A DNA stretch of 64,000 nucleotides. Origin: Longimicrobiales bacterium (GTDB lineage: Bacteria > Gemmatimonadota > Gemmatimonadetes > Longimicrobiales > Gaopeijiaceae). The notes under the pieces are model-generated. The model was not told the DNA's origin. It ran no database searches and saw only the letters and a list, made by a program, of their open reading frames with translations. This document shows positions 42,725-53,528 of the stretch, one piece after another (position 1 is the stretch's first letter; each line of letters starts with the position of its first letter). The stretch is taken from the NCBI GenBank assembly GCA_965219445.1, contig CBDCNQ010000002.1:352001-416000 (forward strand), written 5' to 3'. A program made the position numbers and the translations under genes.

Positions 42725-44324
42725 CGGAACCTGTCAACAGCGATGAGACACGGGGAGTCATAGATTAGTGAGCAGGCTGCGGTGTCGGAGCCGCAGCTGG
42801 TGGATTGATCCAGACCTCCGTTGGGAGAGGCTGGGGCGTGGGGATTCCCTGCACGAAGCGTTCAGGGTGTTCGGACCACGCCTGCTGGAGAGTGCGCTCA
42901 CGCTGGGCGAGCACGTCACGGGCTCGGTCGTGATGGACATCAGCCGGGGTGAGCATCGCGATTCCGCCGTGGCGATGCTCATGGTTGTACCAAGGGAAGA
43001 AGGATCGGCAGAAGTCGATCGCCGCGCCGATGTCGGCGAAGCGTCCGGGGAAGTTGGGGTAGTATTTGACGGTCTTGAAGTGCGCCTCCGAGAAGGGGTT
43101 GTCGTCGCTGACCCGGGGACGGCCGAGCGAGCGGGTGATCCCGAGGTCGGCGAGCAGCTGGGCCGTGCACTTGCTGGTCATCGGGGCCCCGCGGTCGGAG
43201 TGCAGGGTCAGCGTCTCGGGCTGGACATCCTGCTTGAGGCAGCTCTCCTGGATGAGCCGGCAGGCGAGCGCGGAGTTCTCGCGGTCGGCGACCATCCATC
43301 CGACCACGTACCGGCTGAAGATGTCGATGAGGACGTAGAGGTAGAAGTACGACCACTTCTCGGGTCCGAGAAGCCGGGTGATGTCCCACGACCAGGTCTG
43401 GTTCGGTGCCGTGGCCACGAGCTGGGGCTTCGTGTAGGCGGGATGCGTGAGCTGACTGCGCCGCTCACGCACGGGGTGATCCTCCTGGAGGATCCTGTAC
43501 ATCGTGCGTTCTGAGCAGAGGTACTCGCCCTCGTCGAGGAGGGTGGCCACAACCTCTGCGGGAGATCGGTCGACGAAGCGCGGGCAAGCGAGGGTCTCAC
43601 GCACCTTCTCGCGCTCGGATTCATCGAGAGCCCGGGCGGGGCGCTGCCTGGGCTGCTGGTGCCCGGTCGTGGGCTTACGGCGCCGGTAGAACGTGGCACG
43701 CGCCACACCCAGTGCTCGGCACGCCGGCGCGGCGCCGACCTCCCGAGCCAGGGAGGCAGCGGCCATCAGGAGTTCTTTCCGCTGTCGAAGCTCAACCCCA
43801 GCAGCCCGGCAACTTTTCCCTGGACTTCCAGGATCGTTTCCGCCGTGGCAAGCTGCTTCTCGAGCCGGGCCACTTCGGCCTCGAGCTCATCCACCCTCTT
43901 CTGGAGGGAGTTGCGGCGGGCCGGCTTGCGGCCCCGCCGCTTCGGCGTCAGGCCCTTCAGAGAGCCCTCGCGCCGTGCCTTTCGCCATGCCGTGAGATGA
44001 GAGCTGTACAGACCCTCCCGACGCACGATCCGCCCAACCTCGCCGGGCTCCGAGCACCGGTCGGTCTCTTCCAGGATCCTGAGCTTGTACTCCGCGGTGA
44101 ACTGCCGGCGGGTCGGCTTGGCCACCACCTCCGGATCCCGAGCCCGATTCCGCTCGGCGACTCGGGCCCTGGCGGCCTCGTCGCTACGCTCCTCGCCCCC
44201 CAGGGCCCGAGCACCCACACCCATACCAATCATCGTATCTCTCCCCTCTACCATCGCCATCCACCTCCGCCCCCTTCAGTAATTCCAAAGGTGCCAGGTG
44301 TCTCACTGATATTGGCAGAGAGGG
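42725..44324 (-). mobile_element. Second, divergent IS3-family element (orfA 43766-44260, orfB 42765-43766), TSD AAG
   Basis: DDE motifs; ends CGGAACCTGTCAA and TTGGCAGAGAGGG. Confidence 0.92.
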
Positions 44325-44330
44325 AAGCCC

Positions 44331-45897
44331 CGGAACCTGTCAACGCCAGTGAGACACTCTTGGAAATCAATTAGAGAGCAATCTCCTGTGTCGTGAGGGA
44401 TGGGGTGGGAGGATTGATCCAGACGGCCTCCGGGAGTGGTTTAGGCTTCGGCTCACCGGAGACGAAGCGCTCGGGATGAGCGGCCCATGCCTCACGGAGC
44501 ACGGCCTTCCTGCAGGCGATGATCCGATCGGCGTGACCGAAGTGGACCTGTTCGGGGGTCAGCATCGAGATGCCGCCATGGCGGTGCTCGGCATTATACC
44601 AACGGAAGAACGAGCGACAGAAGGTCTTGGCTTGCCCCTGATCCCCGAACCGGCCGGGAAACGAGGGATGGTACTTCAAGGTCTTGAACTGAGCCTCGGA
44701 GAACGGATTGTCATCCGAGACCTGGGGTCGGCCCAACGAGCGGGTCACGCCGAGATCGGCGAGTAGTTGAGCCGTGCATTGGCTCGTCATCGGAGCCCCT
44801 CGATCGGAATGCAGGGTCAGGAGGTGGGGCTGGACGCCATGCTTCAAGCAACTCTGCTGGATCAGCCGGCTGGCCAGGGCAGAGTTCTCCCGATCCGCCA
44901 CCATCCATCCCACGACGTAGCGGCTGAAGATGTCCAGGATCACGTAGAGGTAGAAGTAACTCCACTTCTTCGGCCCCAGCAGCCGGGTGATATCCCAGGA
45001 CCAGACCTGGTTCGGGCCCCTCGCCATCAACTCGGGCTTCTGGTATTTGGGATGACTCCGCTGCGCTCGACGCTCCTGAACCGGCACCTGGGAAGCCAGA
45101 ACGCGATACATCGTACGCTCGCTGCACAGGTAGACGTCCTCGTCGAGCAGCGTCGCCACCACCTCGGCTGGGGACCGGTCCACGAACCGCTCCGAACACA
45201 GGGTGTCGAAAATCTTGTCCCGCTCCCTCTCACTTAAGGCCCGGGCGGGGGTCGGGCGGGGCTGCTGATGCCCGGTCGATGCACTCCGACGACGGTAGAA
45301 CGTGGCTCGCGGCACCCTGAGCGCATCGCACGCGGGCTTCACCCCTACGTGCTTGGCTAGCTCCTGGGTCGCCTTCATGAGTTCGTCCCGTCCTCGAGGC
45401 TCAATCCCAGCAGCCCTGCAACTTTTCCCTGGACGTCGATGATCAAGTGCGCCTTCTGGAGCTCCTTCTCGAGGCGAGTGTTCTCGCGCTCCAGCTTGCG
45501 CACCTTCTCCTCCAGCGGATTGCGCTCGCGCTTACGGCCTCGTTTCTTCGACAGCGCTTTCAGGGACCCGCTATGCGCCGCCTTGCGCCATGTCGTCAGG
45601 TGCGACGAGTACAAGCCCTCCCGCCGTAGGAGTCGGCCAACCTCTCCGGGCTCCGTGCACCGGTCCGCTTCTTCGACGATCCGCAGCTTGTACGACGGAG
45701 CGAACCGCCGGCGCAGCGGCCTATCTACCACCTCCGAGTCCGCAGGAGCTGCCGCGCTTCGCTTACCGTCCCAGGTTGGTGGGGCTATTCCATTCTCTTT
45801 CATTCTCTCTCGGTGTCTCAGCATCCTCGGTTTCTCTGCCTTCGCCCTACTCTAATTCCTTAGCTGCTCCGTGTCTCACGTAAGTTGGCAGAGAGGG
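44331..45897 (-). mobile_element. IS3-family element, 1567 bp
   Basis: Third full-length matching copy. Confidence 0.93.
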
Positions 45898-46349
45898 GTT
45901 TCAAGGTATGCAGCGAACTCCGGCGTAACGAACTCTTGGACATCCGGCCAAAGGCGCCACAGAGGGTGGTCTTCGCGGAACGTGCCCCACCCGAGGGATT
46001 CCAACGCCTCCGCATCGAGGAGTCCTTCCTCAACCTGTAGGAATGTCGTCTCGTAAAGCCGAAGAATCGCGACGAAGTAGTTCGTCACCAGGAGACGATC
46101 CGACGGGTCGAACTCAGACCATGACGCCGAGTCCGCCATGAGAACGCGCCCCCATGCATCACTCAAGTCGCGGTTGGTTGCCGCCGCCATCCAAAGTTCA
46201 GTCACCGCGATCCCGAGGTCCTGATAGGCCGCCGCCCGCGCGGCCACCGCGTTCTGTCGAAGTTCCATTCCGATGAAGACCAGCGACAGCACGACACCGA
46301 TGAGGGCTATCGCTTCAGCAATCACTCGAACAGGAGGTCTTGGCTTCAT
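45898..46349 (-). CDS. Hypothetical membrane-anchored protein, probable first cassette, 3'-truncated by IS3
   Basis: AEAIALIGVVLSLVFIGMELRQN; preceded by GTTAGAT. Confidence 0.6.
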
Positions 46350-46377
46350 CCGGGGCTAGCACTTTGTCTCGGTCGCG

Positions 46378-46400
46378 ATCTAACTTTCAACTGTATCGCG
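46378..46400 (-). other. Candidate attI downstream of intI
   Basis: Minus strand CAGTTGAAAG^TTAGAT resembles the attI core AAAG^TTRRRY, about 30 bp before an ORF. Confidence 0.45.
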
Positions 46401-46570
46401 AATCCTCTGGAGTTTCTGAAGCGGATCCGCTGCCTGGATGGCAACGTAGGAGAGATGGACAGGGCCCGACAGACCCAGCGCGGCCCTCGCTTGTGGCTTC
46501 TTTGCCTTTGGCTTTGGGCTGCGCCGGAGACGTTTTGGTCGCGTCGGATGGACGGTTGCCGGGTGGCAGC

Positions 46571-47566
46571 CTAGTCCCGGTCCTCCGGTCGATCAAGTGG
46601 GCTGCGCATGCCCAGTCCGGCATCGGTGATGGCTTGCACGTAGATCATCGTCGTGCGGATGTCTTTGTGACCCATGAGCCTCTGCACCGAACGGGCGTCG
46701 TATCCGGCCCGCAGCATCTGAGTAGCGAAGGATCTGCGAAGGGTGTGACAGGTGACGGGCTTGGTAATGCCGGATGCTCGGGCCGCGTCCTTCATCCGTC
46801 TTTGCATGGCTGTCGGGTTGAGGTGGTACCGACCCTTCCTCCTAGTAGCGGGATCCCGCGACCATCGGCTCGCGGGGAATAGGAACTGCCACGACAGGTC
46901 GTAACCCGCTTGTGGATCCTTGCGATCCAGTGCACCCGGCAGTTGAGCCCAACCGCCTCCTCGGCGCCTGTCCTCCCGGTGCAGTTCCTTTACAAGAGAC
47001 ACCTGGCGGCGTAGTGCCGAACCGAGCCGCTCGGGCAGCATGACCCACCGGTCCTTGGCACCCTTCCCGTCCCGTATGGCGATTTGCAGCAGGTCGAAGT
47101 CGATGTCCTTAATCCGCAGTTGATGACACTCCGTCAGGCGGGCGCCCGTGCCATACATCAGCGAACCCAGTAGTCGATATTTGCCGGACAGATGGCCGAG
47201 CACGAGCCGCACCTGCCCGTGAGATAACACGGTCGGTATTCGCTGCGGCTCTCGGGCCCGAGGCATACCTTCAAGATCGTCGCGGCCCAGGACCTCCCTG
47301 AAGAAAAACGACAGCGCCGACGCGGCCTGATTGCGACTCTTTGGCGCCAACCTCCGCTCCTCCGTGAGAACGCTCAAGAACTGCTCCACATGCCGTCTGG
47401 TGAGATCCTCCACCGGAACACCGGGATGGGCGTCCGTGAATCGCCGGAGCCATCGCGCGTACACTTCTATCGTCCTATTCCGGTAACCCCTCTGTCTCAG
47501 GAGGCGGCGAGTGGTCGCGAGCGCTCGCTCGACATCGGGTCCCGGGCGCATGCTGAACGATCCCAC
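46571..47566 (-). CDS. intI: Integron integrase
   Basis: NQA.SAL.FFF..VL, YGTGAR..E, GKGAKDR, IntI-specific insert LPGALDRK.P.A....WQFLFP, HTLR, GH.DIRTTMIY. Confidence 0.95.
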   Translation of the reverse strand: MGSFSMRPGPDVERALATTRRLLRQRGYRNRTIEVYARWLRRFTDAHPGVPVEDLTRRHVEQFLSVLTEERRLAPKSRNQAASALSFFFREVLGRDDLEGMPRAREPQRIPTVLSHGQVRLVLGHLSGKYRLLGSLMYGTGARLTECHQLRIKDIDFDLLQIAIRDGKGAKDRWVMLPERLGSALRRQVSLVKELHREDRRRGGGWAQLPGALDRKDPQAGYDLSWQFLFPASRWSRDPATRRKGRYHLNPTAMQRRMKDAARASGITKPVTCHTLRRSFATQMLRAGYDARSVQRLMGHKDIRTTMIYVQAITDAGLGMRSPLDRPEDRD

Positions 47567-47780
47567 CCGATCTGGAGCGAAGCCATGGACGTCTGGGACA
47601 GCAAAGCAGCGGACGCGTCACGGATGAACAGAAATCGGTTGGATTGCTCAGGCAGCGATAGCCAAGTCTGCGGGAGCCTAGGTAGTGGTACAGTTTGCTG
47701 TACCACTACCCGGCGTCGGGCAAAGTTGTCTTCCAGCCGGCTTCGCGGTACCATGAGCTACTTAGCCTCAGCAGGGAGCG

Positions 47781-48506
47781 GTGCCCATGTCCGAGAGCAA
47801 CCTCGTCGATGCAGGTCTTGCCATATCGAGTGCGAGCCCCTCCCCCCCCCACCCCGCGGGGTCACAGGACCCGACGTGCGGTCACTATTTCGGTGGCACG
47901 CCGTTCGGGTGGCAGGAGGGCCGGGGTAGTTGGTCCCGGAGGAACTTCATCAAGGGAATCATCGCGTCGGGGGTGGCAGTCTCTGGGGTGCCATATCTGG
48001 CCTCCGCTGCTTCCAGGCCGGCCATTCAGGCGGGTGCGGTAGAGCGCTTGATCTCGTTGAACGTCAACGGGCAGACCCGCCGCGTCGACGTGCTCCCCAA
48101 TGAGACGCTCGCGATGACCCTACGCTATAAGCTGGGGCTAACGGGTACCAAGCTCGGCTGCGACCGCGCAGAGTGCGGGGCGTGCACGGTGTTGATCGAC
48201 GACGTGACGCACTACTCGTGCTCCACGCTGACGCAGCGCGTTCGCGGGAAGGAGATCACGACGGTCGAGGGGTTGGAGAGTCCGACTGGAGAGCTACACC
48301 CGGTCCAACAGGCATTCATGGACGAGTTGGGCCCGCAGTGCGGCTTTTGCACGCCCGGCCAGGTGATGGCGGCCGTGGGTCTCTTGACGGCGAACCCGAA
48401 CCCGACTCGGGCCGAAGCGCGTCAGGCGATGTCAGGTAATCTGTGCCGATGCGGATCCTACGACCATTATCTGAACGGAATCATGCGTGCAGCAGGGGAG
48501 GTGTGA
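47781..48506 (+). CDS. (2Fe-2S) subunit of an aldehyde/xanthine dehydrogenase, Tat signal (PaoA-like)
   Basis: SRRNFIK; GCDRAECGAC; QCGFCTPG; NLCRC. Confidence 0.9.
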   Translation: MPMSESNLVDAGLAISSASPSPPHPAGSQDPTCGHYFGGTPFGWQEGRGSWSRRNFIKGIIASGVAVSGVPYLASAASRPAIQAGAVERLISLNVNGQTRRVDVLPNETLAMTLRYKLGLTGTKLGCDRAECGACTVLIDDVTHYSCSTLTQRVRGKEITTVEGLESPTGELHPVQQAFMDELGPQCGFCTPGQVMAAVGLLTANPNPTRAEARQAMSGNLCRCGSYDHYLNGIMRAAGEV

Positions 48507-48507
48507 C

Positions 48508-50934
48508 ATGGCATACTTGACTGGTCGAGATTTCACGCCACCGGATCTTCACGCCAAGGTGACCGGGCGGGCGAAATATGCCGAGGACTTTCGCGCGGAC
48601 GGCATGTTGTTCTGCCGGCTGCTGACCAGCCCCATGCCCCATGCGCGCGTCTTGAACATCGACGCGTCCGAGGCGCTCGCCATGGATGGCGTCGTCGCGA
48701 TTCTGACAGCCGACGAGCTGCCCGAAGTGGACGCGCCGGGCAATACGAGCCTCACGAATGAGCCACTCTACGTGGGCGCGCCGATCCTCGCGGTGGCTGC
48801 GACGGACGAGACCACGGCCCAGAACGCCATCGCGGCGATCAACGTGGATCTGGAACCGCTTCCGTTCTGCGTGGACCCGCTCGAGAGCCTGCGTCCTGGT
48901 GGGCCGAACGCCCGGACTACGGGAAACGTGCCGGGCGGGCGCGTGACCGCAGTGGAGCTCGATACGAGCGACGGCGTGGCGGAGGTCAAGTGGACGGCGG
49001 AGGACTTCGCGGCCGCAGGGGAGGGCCAGACGCCCATGGGCATGGCCACAACGGAATGGTCGTACGGCGATGTCGAGGCGGGCTTTGCAAACGCCGCGCT
49101 CGTGCTCGACGAGTCCTTCGTCACCGCGGGCACGTCGCATAACTCGATGGAGCCACGTACCGCCATGGCGTACTGGCAGAACGGGAAGTGTTACCTGTAC
49201 GGCTCGACCCAGAGCCAGAGCAACGTGGTTCCGCGTCTGGCCGCCCTCCTCGAGATCGAGCCGGAGGACCTCGTCTATGTCTCGGAGTTCTGTGGTGGTG
49301 GGTTCGGGTCGAAGGCGCCCGCCTACCCCGTTATAGCCATTCCGGCCTACATGGCGAAGAAGACCGGCCGGCCCGTGCTGATGCGTATCAGCCGAGCCGA
49401 GGAGAACTTCATCGGTGTATGCCGACCCGCTTTCCAGGGTCGCCTCAAGATCGGGTTCCAGCCCGACGGGCGTATCACGGCAGCCGATCTGTTCATCGTC
49501 CAGAACAACGGACCCAACTCCGGTGGGGGTGACTTTAACTCCGCCGGAGGCGCGATGTCCATCGTCTACACGCCGCTCGCCATGCGCTTCCGAGGGGTTC
49601 CCGTCCTGACCAACACACCACCCACGGGGGCCCAGAGGGGGCCGGGGCAGAACCAACTGGCCTGCGCTGTCGAACCGATTCTCGACAAGGCGGCCCGCCA
49701 GCTGGGTCTCGACCTTGTAGCGATTCGCCGGATCAATGCCCCGGACAACAGTGCCAGGTACGGTGCTGACCAGGGTCCTGTAACTAGCGCTTATCAACGT
49801 GAAGCGCTCGACATGGGCGCGGAGCAGTTCGACTGGGAAGCCAGGCGTGCGCGCAGTGGACAGCGGCGTGGCTCGAAGGTCACCGGCGTCGCGGTCGGCC
49901 AGGCGTACCACGCGGCCGGGAATAACGGATTCGACGGGCTCTTGCGCATCGCACCGGACGGAAAGTTGTACATCCACACCGGCGTGGGGAACCTGGGTAC
50001 GTATTCGTACGCCAACACGTCCCGGGTCGCGGCGGAGGTGCTCGGTTACGACTGGGAGAACGTTGAGATCGTCCGCGGTAACTCCAGCCGAAATCTTCCC
50101 TGGAGTCCGAATCAGGGCGGGAGCAACACATCCTTCACGGAGTCCCGCGCCAATTACGCCTCAGCCATGGACGCTGTCCAAAAGCTCAAAGAGCTCGCGG
50201 CGCGCGACCTCGGGGGCTCGCCCGGAGACTACGATATCGCAAACGAAGCGGTCTTCGCGAGAGCCAATCCGTCGCGGCGCCTTACCTACGCAGCCGCAGC
50301 TCAGAGGGCCATCCAACTCGGGGGACGGTTCAGCGGCGAAGAGGTGCCCGACGACATCAACGAGATGACGGCGCGCGCCGTGGAGGGGATCGCCGGTACA
50401 GGCTTGATCGGGGTGGCGCGGGATAATATGCCGAAAAACGGCACCGTTCCCGCCTTGGCGACCGGGTTCATCGAGATTGAGTTGGACGTGGAGACCGGCC
50501 AATTCGAGATCATCGACTACCTGGGCGTCGCAGACTGCGGAACGGTTATGCATCCCATGGGACTGTCGGGGCAGATCAAGGGTGGGGCCGTGATGGGCTT
50601 CGGGATGGCGGCCCTCGAGCGCCATATCTACGACACACACTACGGTCTGCCGGGGGCCGTCGGATTTCACCAGGCCAAGCCCCCGACGTATCTGGACGTT
50701 CCTGCCGAGATGTCGTGGAGCGCCGTGGACATAGCCGACCCCCAGAACCCGGTGGGTGCGAAGGGAATCGGTGAGCCAACCATGGGATGCGGCGCGGCCG
50801 CACTGTTGTGTGCGATCTCCGACGCTCTGGGAGGACACTACTTCAATCGATCGCCGATCGTGCCTGACATGATCGTAAATGCCGCCTCGGGGCAGGCACA
50901 ATCACACGGTCCGCTTCAGGTTAACACAGTATGA
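48508..50934 (+). CDS. Xanthine dehydrogenase family molybdopterin-binding subunit
   Basis: KVTGRAKY, GGGFGSK, RGPG, AKGIGEP. Confidence 0.92.
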   Translation: MAYLTGRDFTPPDLHAKVTGRAKYAEDFRADGMLFCRLLTSPMPHARVLNIDASEALAMDGVVAILTADELPEVDAPGNTSLTNEPLYVGAPILAVAATDETTAQNAIAAINVDLEPLPFCVDPLESLRPGGPNARTTGNVPGGRVTAVELDTSDGVAEVKWTAEDFAAAGEGQTPMGMATTEWSYGDVEAGFANAALVLDESFVTAGTSHNSMEPRTAMAYWQNGKCYLYGSTQSQSNVVPRLAALLEIEPEDLVYVSEFCGGGFGSKAPAYPVIAIPAYMAKKTGRPVLMRISRAEENFIGVCRPAFQGRLKIGFQPDGRITAADLFIVQNNGPNSGGGDFNSAGGAMSIVYTPLAMRFRGVPVLTNTPPTGAQRGPGQNQLACAVEPILDKAARQLGLDLVAIRRINAPDNSARYGADQGPVTSAYQREALDMGAEQFDWEARRARSGQRRGSKVTGVAVGQAYHAAGNNGFDGLLRIAPDGKLYIHTGVGNLGTYSYANTSRVAAEVLGYDWENVEIVRGNSSRNLPWSPNQGGSNTSFTESRANYASAMDAVQKLKELAARDLGGSPGDYDIANEAVFARANPSRRLTYAAAAQRAIQLGGRFSGEEVPDDINEMTARAVEGIAGTGLIGVARDNMPKNGTVPALATGFIEIELDVETGQFEIIDYLGVADCGTVMHPMGLSGQIKGGAVMGFGMAALERHIYDTHYGLPGAVGFHQAKPPTYLDVPAEMSWSAVDIADPQNPVGAKGIGEPTMGCGAAALLCAISDALGGHYFNRSPIVPDMIVNAASGQAQSHGPLQVNTV

Positions 50935-51011
50935 GGGAGCAGCCCCATGAGTGAGAACCCGCTGACAGGGCACCCGCTGACAGGCACCCGCATGTTGAAG
51001 GAGATCCGCGC

Positions 51012-52001
51012 ATGCTGAACGACATGATGCCGCACTTCGAGCTGTTCCAACCCGTCGATGTAGACAATGCATTCGAACTCCTGGATCGGTTCGGGGAGGA
51101 TTGCTGGACCATTGCCGGAGGACACGACAGTCTGGGCTGGTTCAAGGATCGGGGGAAACAGCCTTCGGCCGTAATCGACCTCGCGGGGATCGCCGAGCTT
51201 CATGGCATCCGAGAGTCGGCTGGGGGCCTCGAGCTGGGGGCAATGACTACCCTCACCGAAGTCGAGCGCCACCCTGTCATCCAAGAGAGATTCGGTTTGC
51301 TCGCGGAGGCGGCCCGCATGGTTGCGAGCCCCCAGATCCGTAACTCGGGCACCTTGGGTGGCAACGTCGTACAGGACACACGATGCTGGTACTACCGCTT
51401 CGGGCTCGCATGCTATCGAGCCGGCGGTAACACGTGCTACGCCAGCGCGCCGGAGGCCATGAATCGGGAGCACGCCATCTTCGGAGCCAACCGGTGCGTG
51501 GCCGTTACTCCGTCCGATCCCGCACCCGCCTTGGTGGCGCTCGAAGCGGAGATGGTGATTCGCAACTCCCGCGGTGAGCGGGTGGTGTCTGCGGAGGACT
51601 TCTTCATGACACCCGCCGTCGACATCCAACGCATGACGGTCCTCGAGCCCGAGGATCTGCTGACGACCATCCGCATTCCCAACACCTGGGCTGGAGCCAA
51701 CTTCTACTTCGAGAAGGTGGCGGACCGGGGTGCCTGGGACTTCCCGCTCGTGAACGTAGCCGCTGCGCTCCGGCTCGAGGGAGGCCGAATCGCCGACGCC
51801 CGCATCGTCGTGGGTGCCGTCGAGTGCATCCCTCGGCGCCTGACGGACGTCGAAGACCTCGTGAGGGGCCGTGTCAAGAACGAAGAGACCGCCGTCCTGG
51901 CGGGTGCGCTCGCGGTAGAGGGTGCGGAGCCCTTGCGGTACAATCACTTCAAGGTGCCGCTCATGGAGAACCTCGTGAAGAGGGCCGTGCGCGACGCCTG
52001 A
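51012..52001 (+). CDS. FAD-binding subunit with 4Fe-4S insert (PaoB-like)
   Basis: ASPQIRNSGTLGGN, RCWYYR..CY..GG..C, PSD. Confidence 0.9.
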   Translation: MLNDMMPHFELFQPVDVDNAFELLDRFGEDCWTIAGGHDSLGWFKDRGKQPSAVIDLAGIAELHGIRESAGGLELGAMTTLTEVERHPVIQERFGLLAEAARMVASPQIRNSGTLGGNVVQDTRCWYYRFGLACYRAGGNTCYASAPEAMNREHAIFGANRCVAVTPSDPAPALVALEAEMVIRNSRGERVVSAEDFFMTPAVDIQRMTVLEPEDLLTTIRIPNTWAGANFYFEKVADRGAWDFPLVNVAAALRLEGGRIADARIVVGAVECIPRRLTDVEDLVRGRVKNEETAVLAGALAVEGAEPLRYNHFKVPLMENLVKRAVRDA

Positions 52002-52678
52002 GGCCCTGCTACGCCGGGGGCTCCAGCTAGCTCGTCTCAGCCCCTGTGTTGATCGCGAGGTGTTCGCCCGCCCTCCCTGGCATCTTGCCCGAGAGATAGG
52101 GTCCCTGCCGGTTCTTGGCGGGTTGGGGAGACTTTCTCCCCTAGGTGTGGGTCCTCGGTAGGTCAGCAGTCTCAAAAGGCTCTCTTACGCGATTCCAAGG
52201 GGAGCGGAGGAGCCAACGTGCTCCGCGAAAACCCCGTGCGCCTCGCGGAGATTCCGAGAGCAACTCCGACTGAAGGGAGAATCGGCTCCTATGGAATTCT
52301 CGCGGCCAACGTCGTGGAGCTACGTCGTGGACCCCCCAAAACAAGGAAACTCCCTCAGAGCATCCAAAGCCCTGAGGGAGTAGACCTTATCCTCAGTCGG
52401 GACGGCCGGATTGAGCTCCGGGCGCCTTCGGCGATCATCGCTCGTCTCGCGGAGGTCATGAGGATCTATCGAGAGCGCTGCTGACGCTCGGCTCGAACCG
52501 GCGACCCCCTGAACCCCATTACACATAGGTTATACGCCATATCATGGGAGATGCCCAGTTTCATTCGGGTTTCGGAGAAAATTTCCTGGAGTCGGAATCC
52601 CCGTTTCCAGGCATCCAGGGGGGTTACGTAGTGGAGAAGGTATTGGAGTGCGCCTCTTCGGGGACTCAATCAACCTAG

Positions 52679-52708
52679 TCCGTGTTGCACTTCAAAGTTG
52701 ATCTGAGC
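52679..52708 (+). mobile_element. IS30-family right-end remnant (variant) at a cassette start
   Basis: CGTGTTGCACTTCAAAGTTGATCTGAGC versus CGTGTTGCACTTCAAAGTTGATCCGAAG. Confidence 0.75.
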
Positions 52709-52877
52709 CGGAATCTGCCGGACGGCTGACGGGCTAAGGCACGTCTGGAAGGGAACTATGACTCCCCCTGCTGAGGATAGCCAATTCCTGCGGCCGTTCG
52801 TGGCGCTGCATTCCAGCTTAATCTACGTTGGTAACTGAGGCTGACCGGGCACTCGAACGTTGAGACGAGGTAGGAAG

Positions 52878-53420
52878 ATGGAAAGTCTGCGGGGCCGCCT
52901 GCTGATCTCAAGCGGTGGCTTGTTCGATCCGAACTTCCGACACGCGGTCGTGCTGGTCGGGGAGCACAACACGGACGGGGCGCTCGGCGTGGTATTGAAC
53001 CAAGCCCTCGACGTCACGGTCGAGGAGGCCCTTCCGACCCTGAGCGATTTGGTGCCGGCCGGAGAACCGCTCTTCAAGGGCGGTCCAGTCCAACCGGGAA
53101 GCCCAGTGCTTCTCGCCGAGCTCACCCATCCCGAGTTAGTCGATGTCCCGGTGTTCGGGTCATTGGGCTTTCTCGTGGGTGAGGTTGCCGCAGACATCAA
53201 GGCGAGCATTCTCAGGGCGCGGGTGTTTGCAGGCTACTCGGGGTGGGCGCCGGGCCAGCTCGAGGCGGAGATGGCCGCTGGCACCTGGATCGTCGAGACG
53301 GCGGGTGAGGACGACGTGTTCACCGATGCCCCCGACTTGCTTTGGAGTCGCGTACTTGAGCGGAAGGGGCCTGAATACCGGCAATTGTCCCGGATGCCGT
53401 ACGACCCATCGATGAACTGA
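52878..53420 (+). CDS. YqgE/AlgH family protein in a gene cassette
   Basis: DPNF..AVVL, GALGVVLN, GGPV, FAGYSGWAPGQLE.E..W. Confidence 0.9.
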   Translation: MESLRGRLLISSGGLFDPNFRHAVVLVGEHNTDGALGVVLNQALDVTVEEALPTLSDLVPAGEPLFKGGPVQPGSPVLLAELTHPELVDVPVFGSLGFLVGEVAADIKASILRARVFAGYSGWAPGQLEAEMAAGTWIVETAGEDDVFTDAPDLLWSRVLERKGPEYRQLSRMPYDPSMN

Positions 53421-53451
53421 CCGTCCTCAACCCACGCCGCCCACCGATTCC

Positions 53452-53528
53452 GTCTAACGGATCTGCGATTCTGCTGCGCGGCTAATGTGGTGACCGCAAG
53501 CGCAGCGCGCGAGCCTGATGTCTACCGC
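53452..53528 (+). repeat. attC, right part deleted
   Basis: GTCTAACGGATCTGCGATTCTGCTGCGCGGCTAATG..., nearly identical to 32107. Confidence 0.85.

Noticed and set aside
47719..47732. GGCAAAGTTGTCT upstream of intI as canonical attI
   Set aside because: The core is not GTTRRRY and it is followed by an operon with no attC. Not excluded but unsupported.
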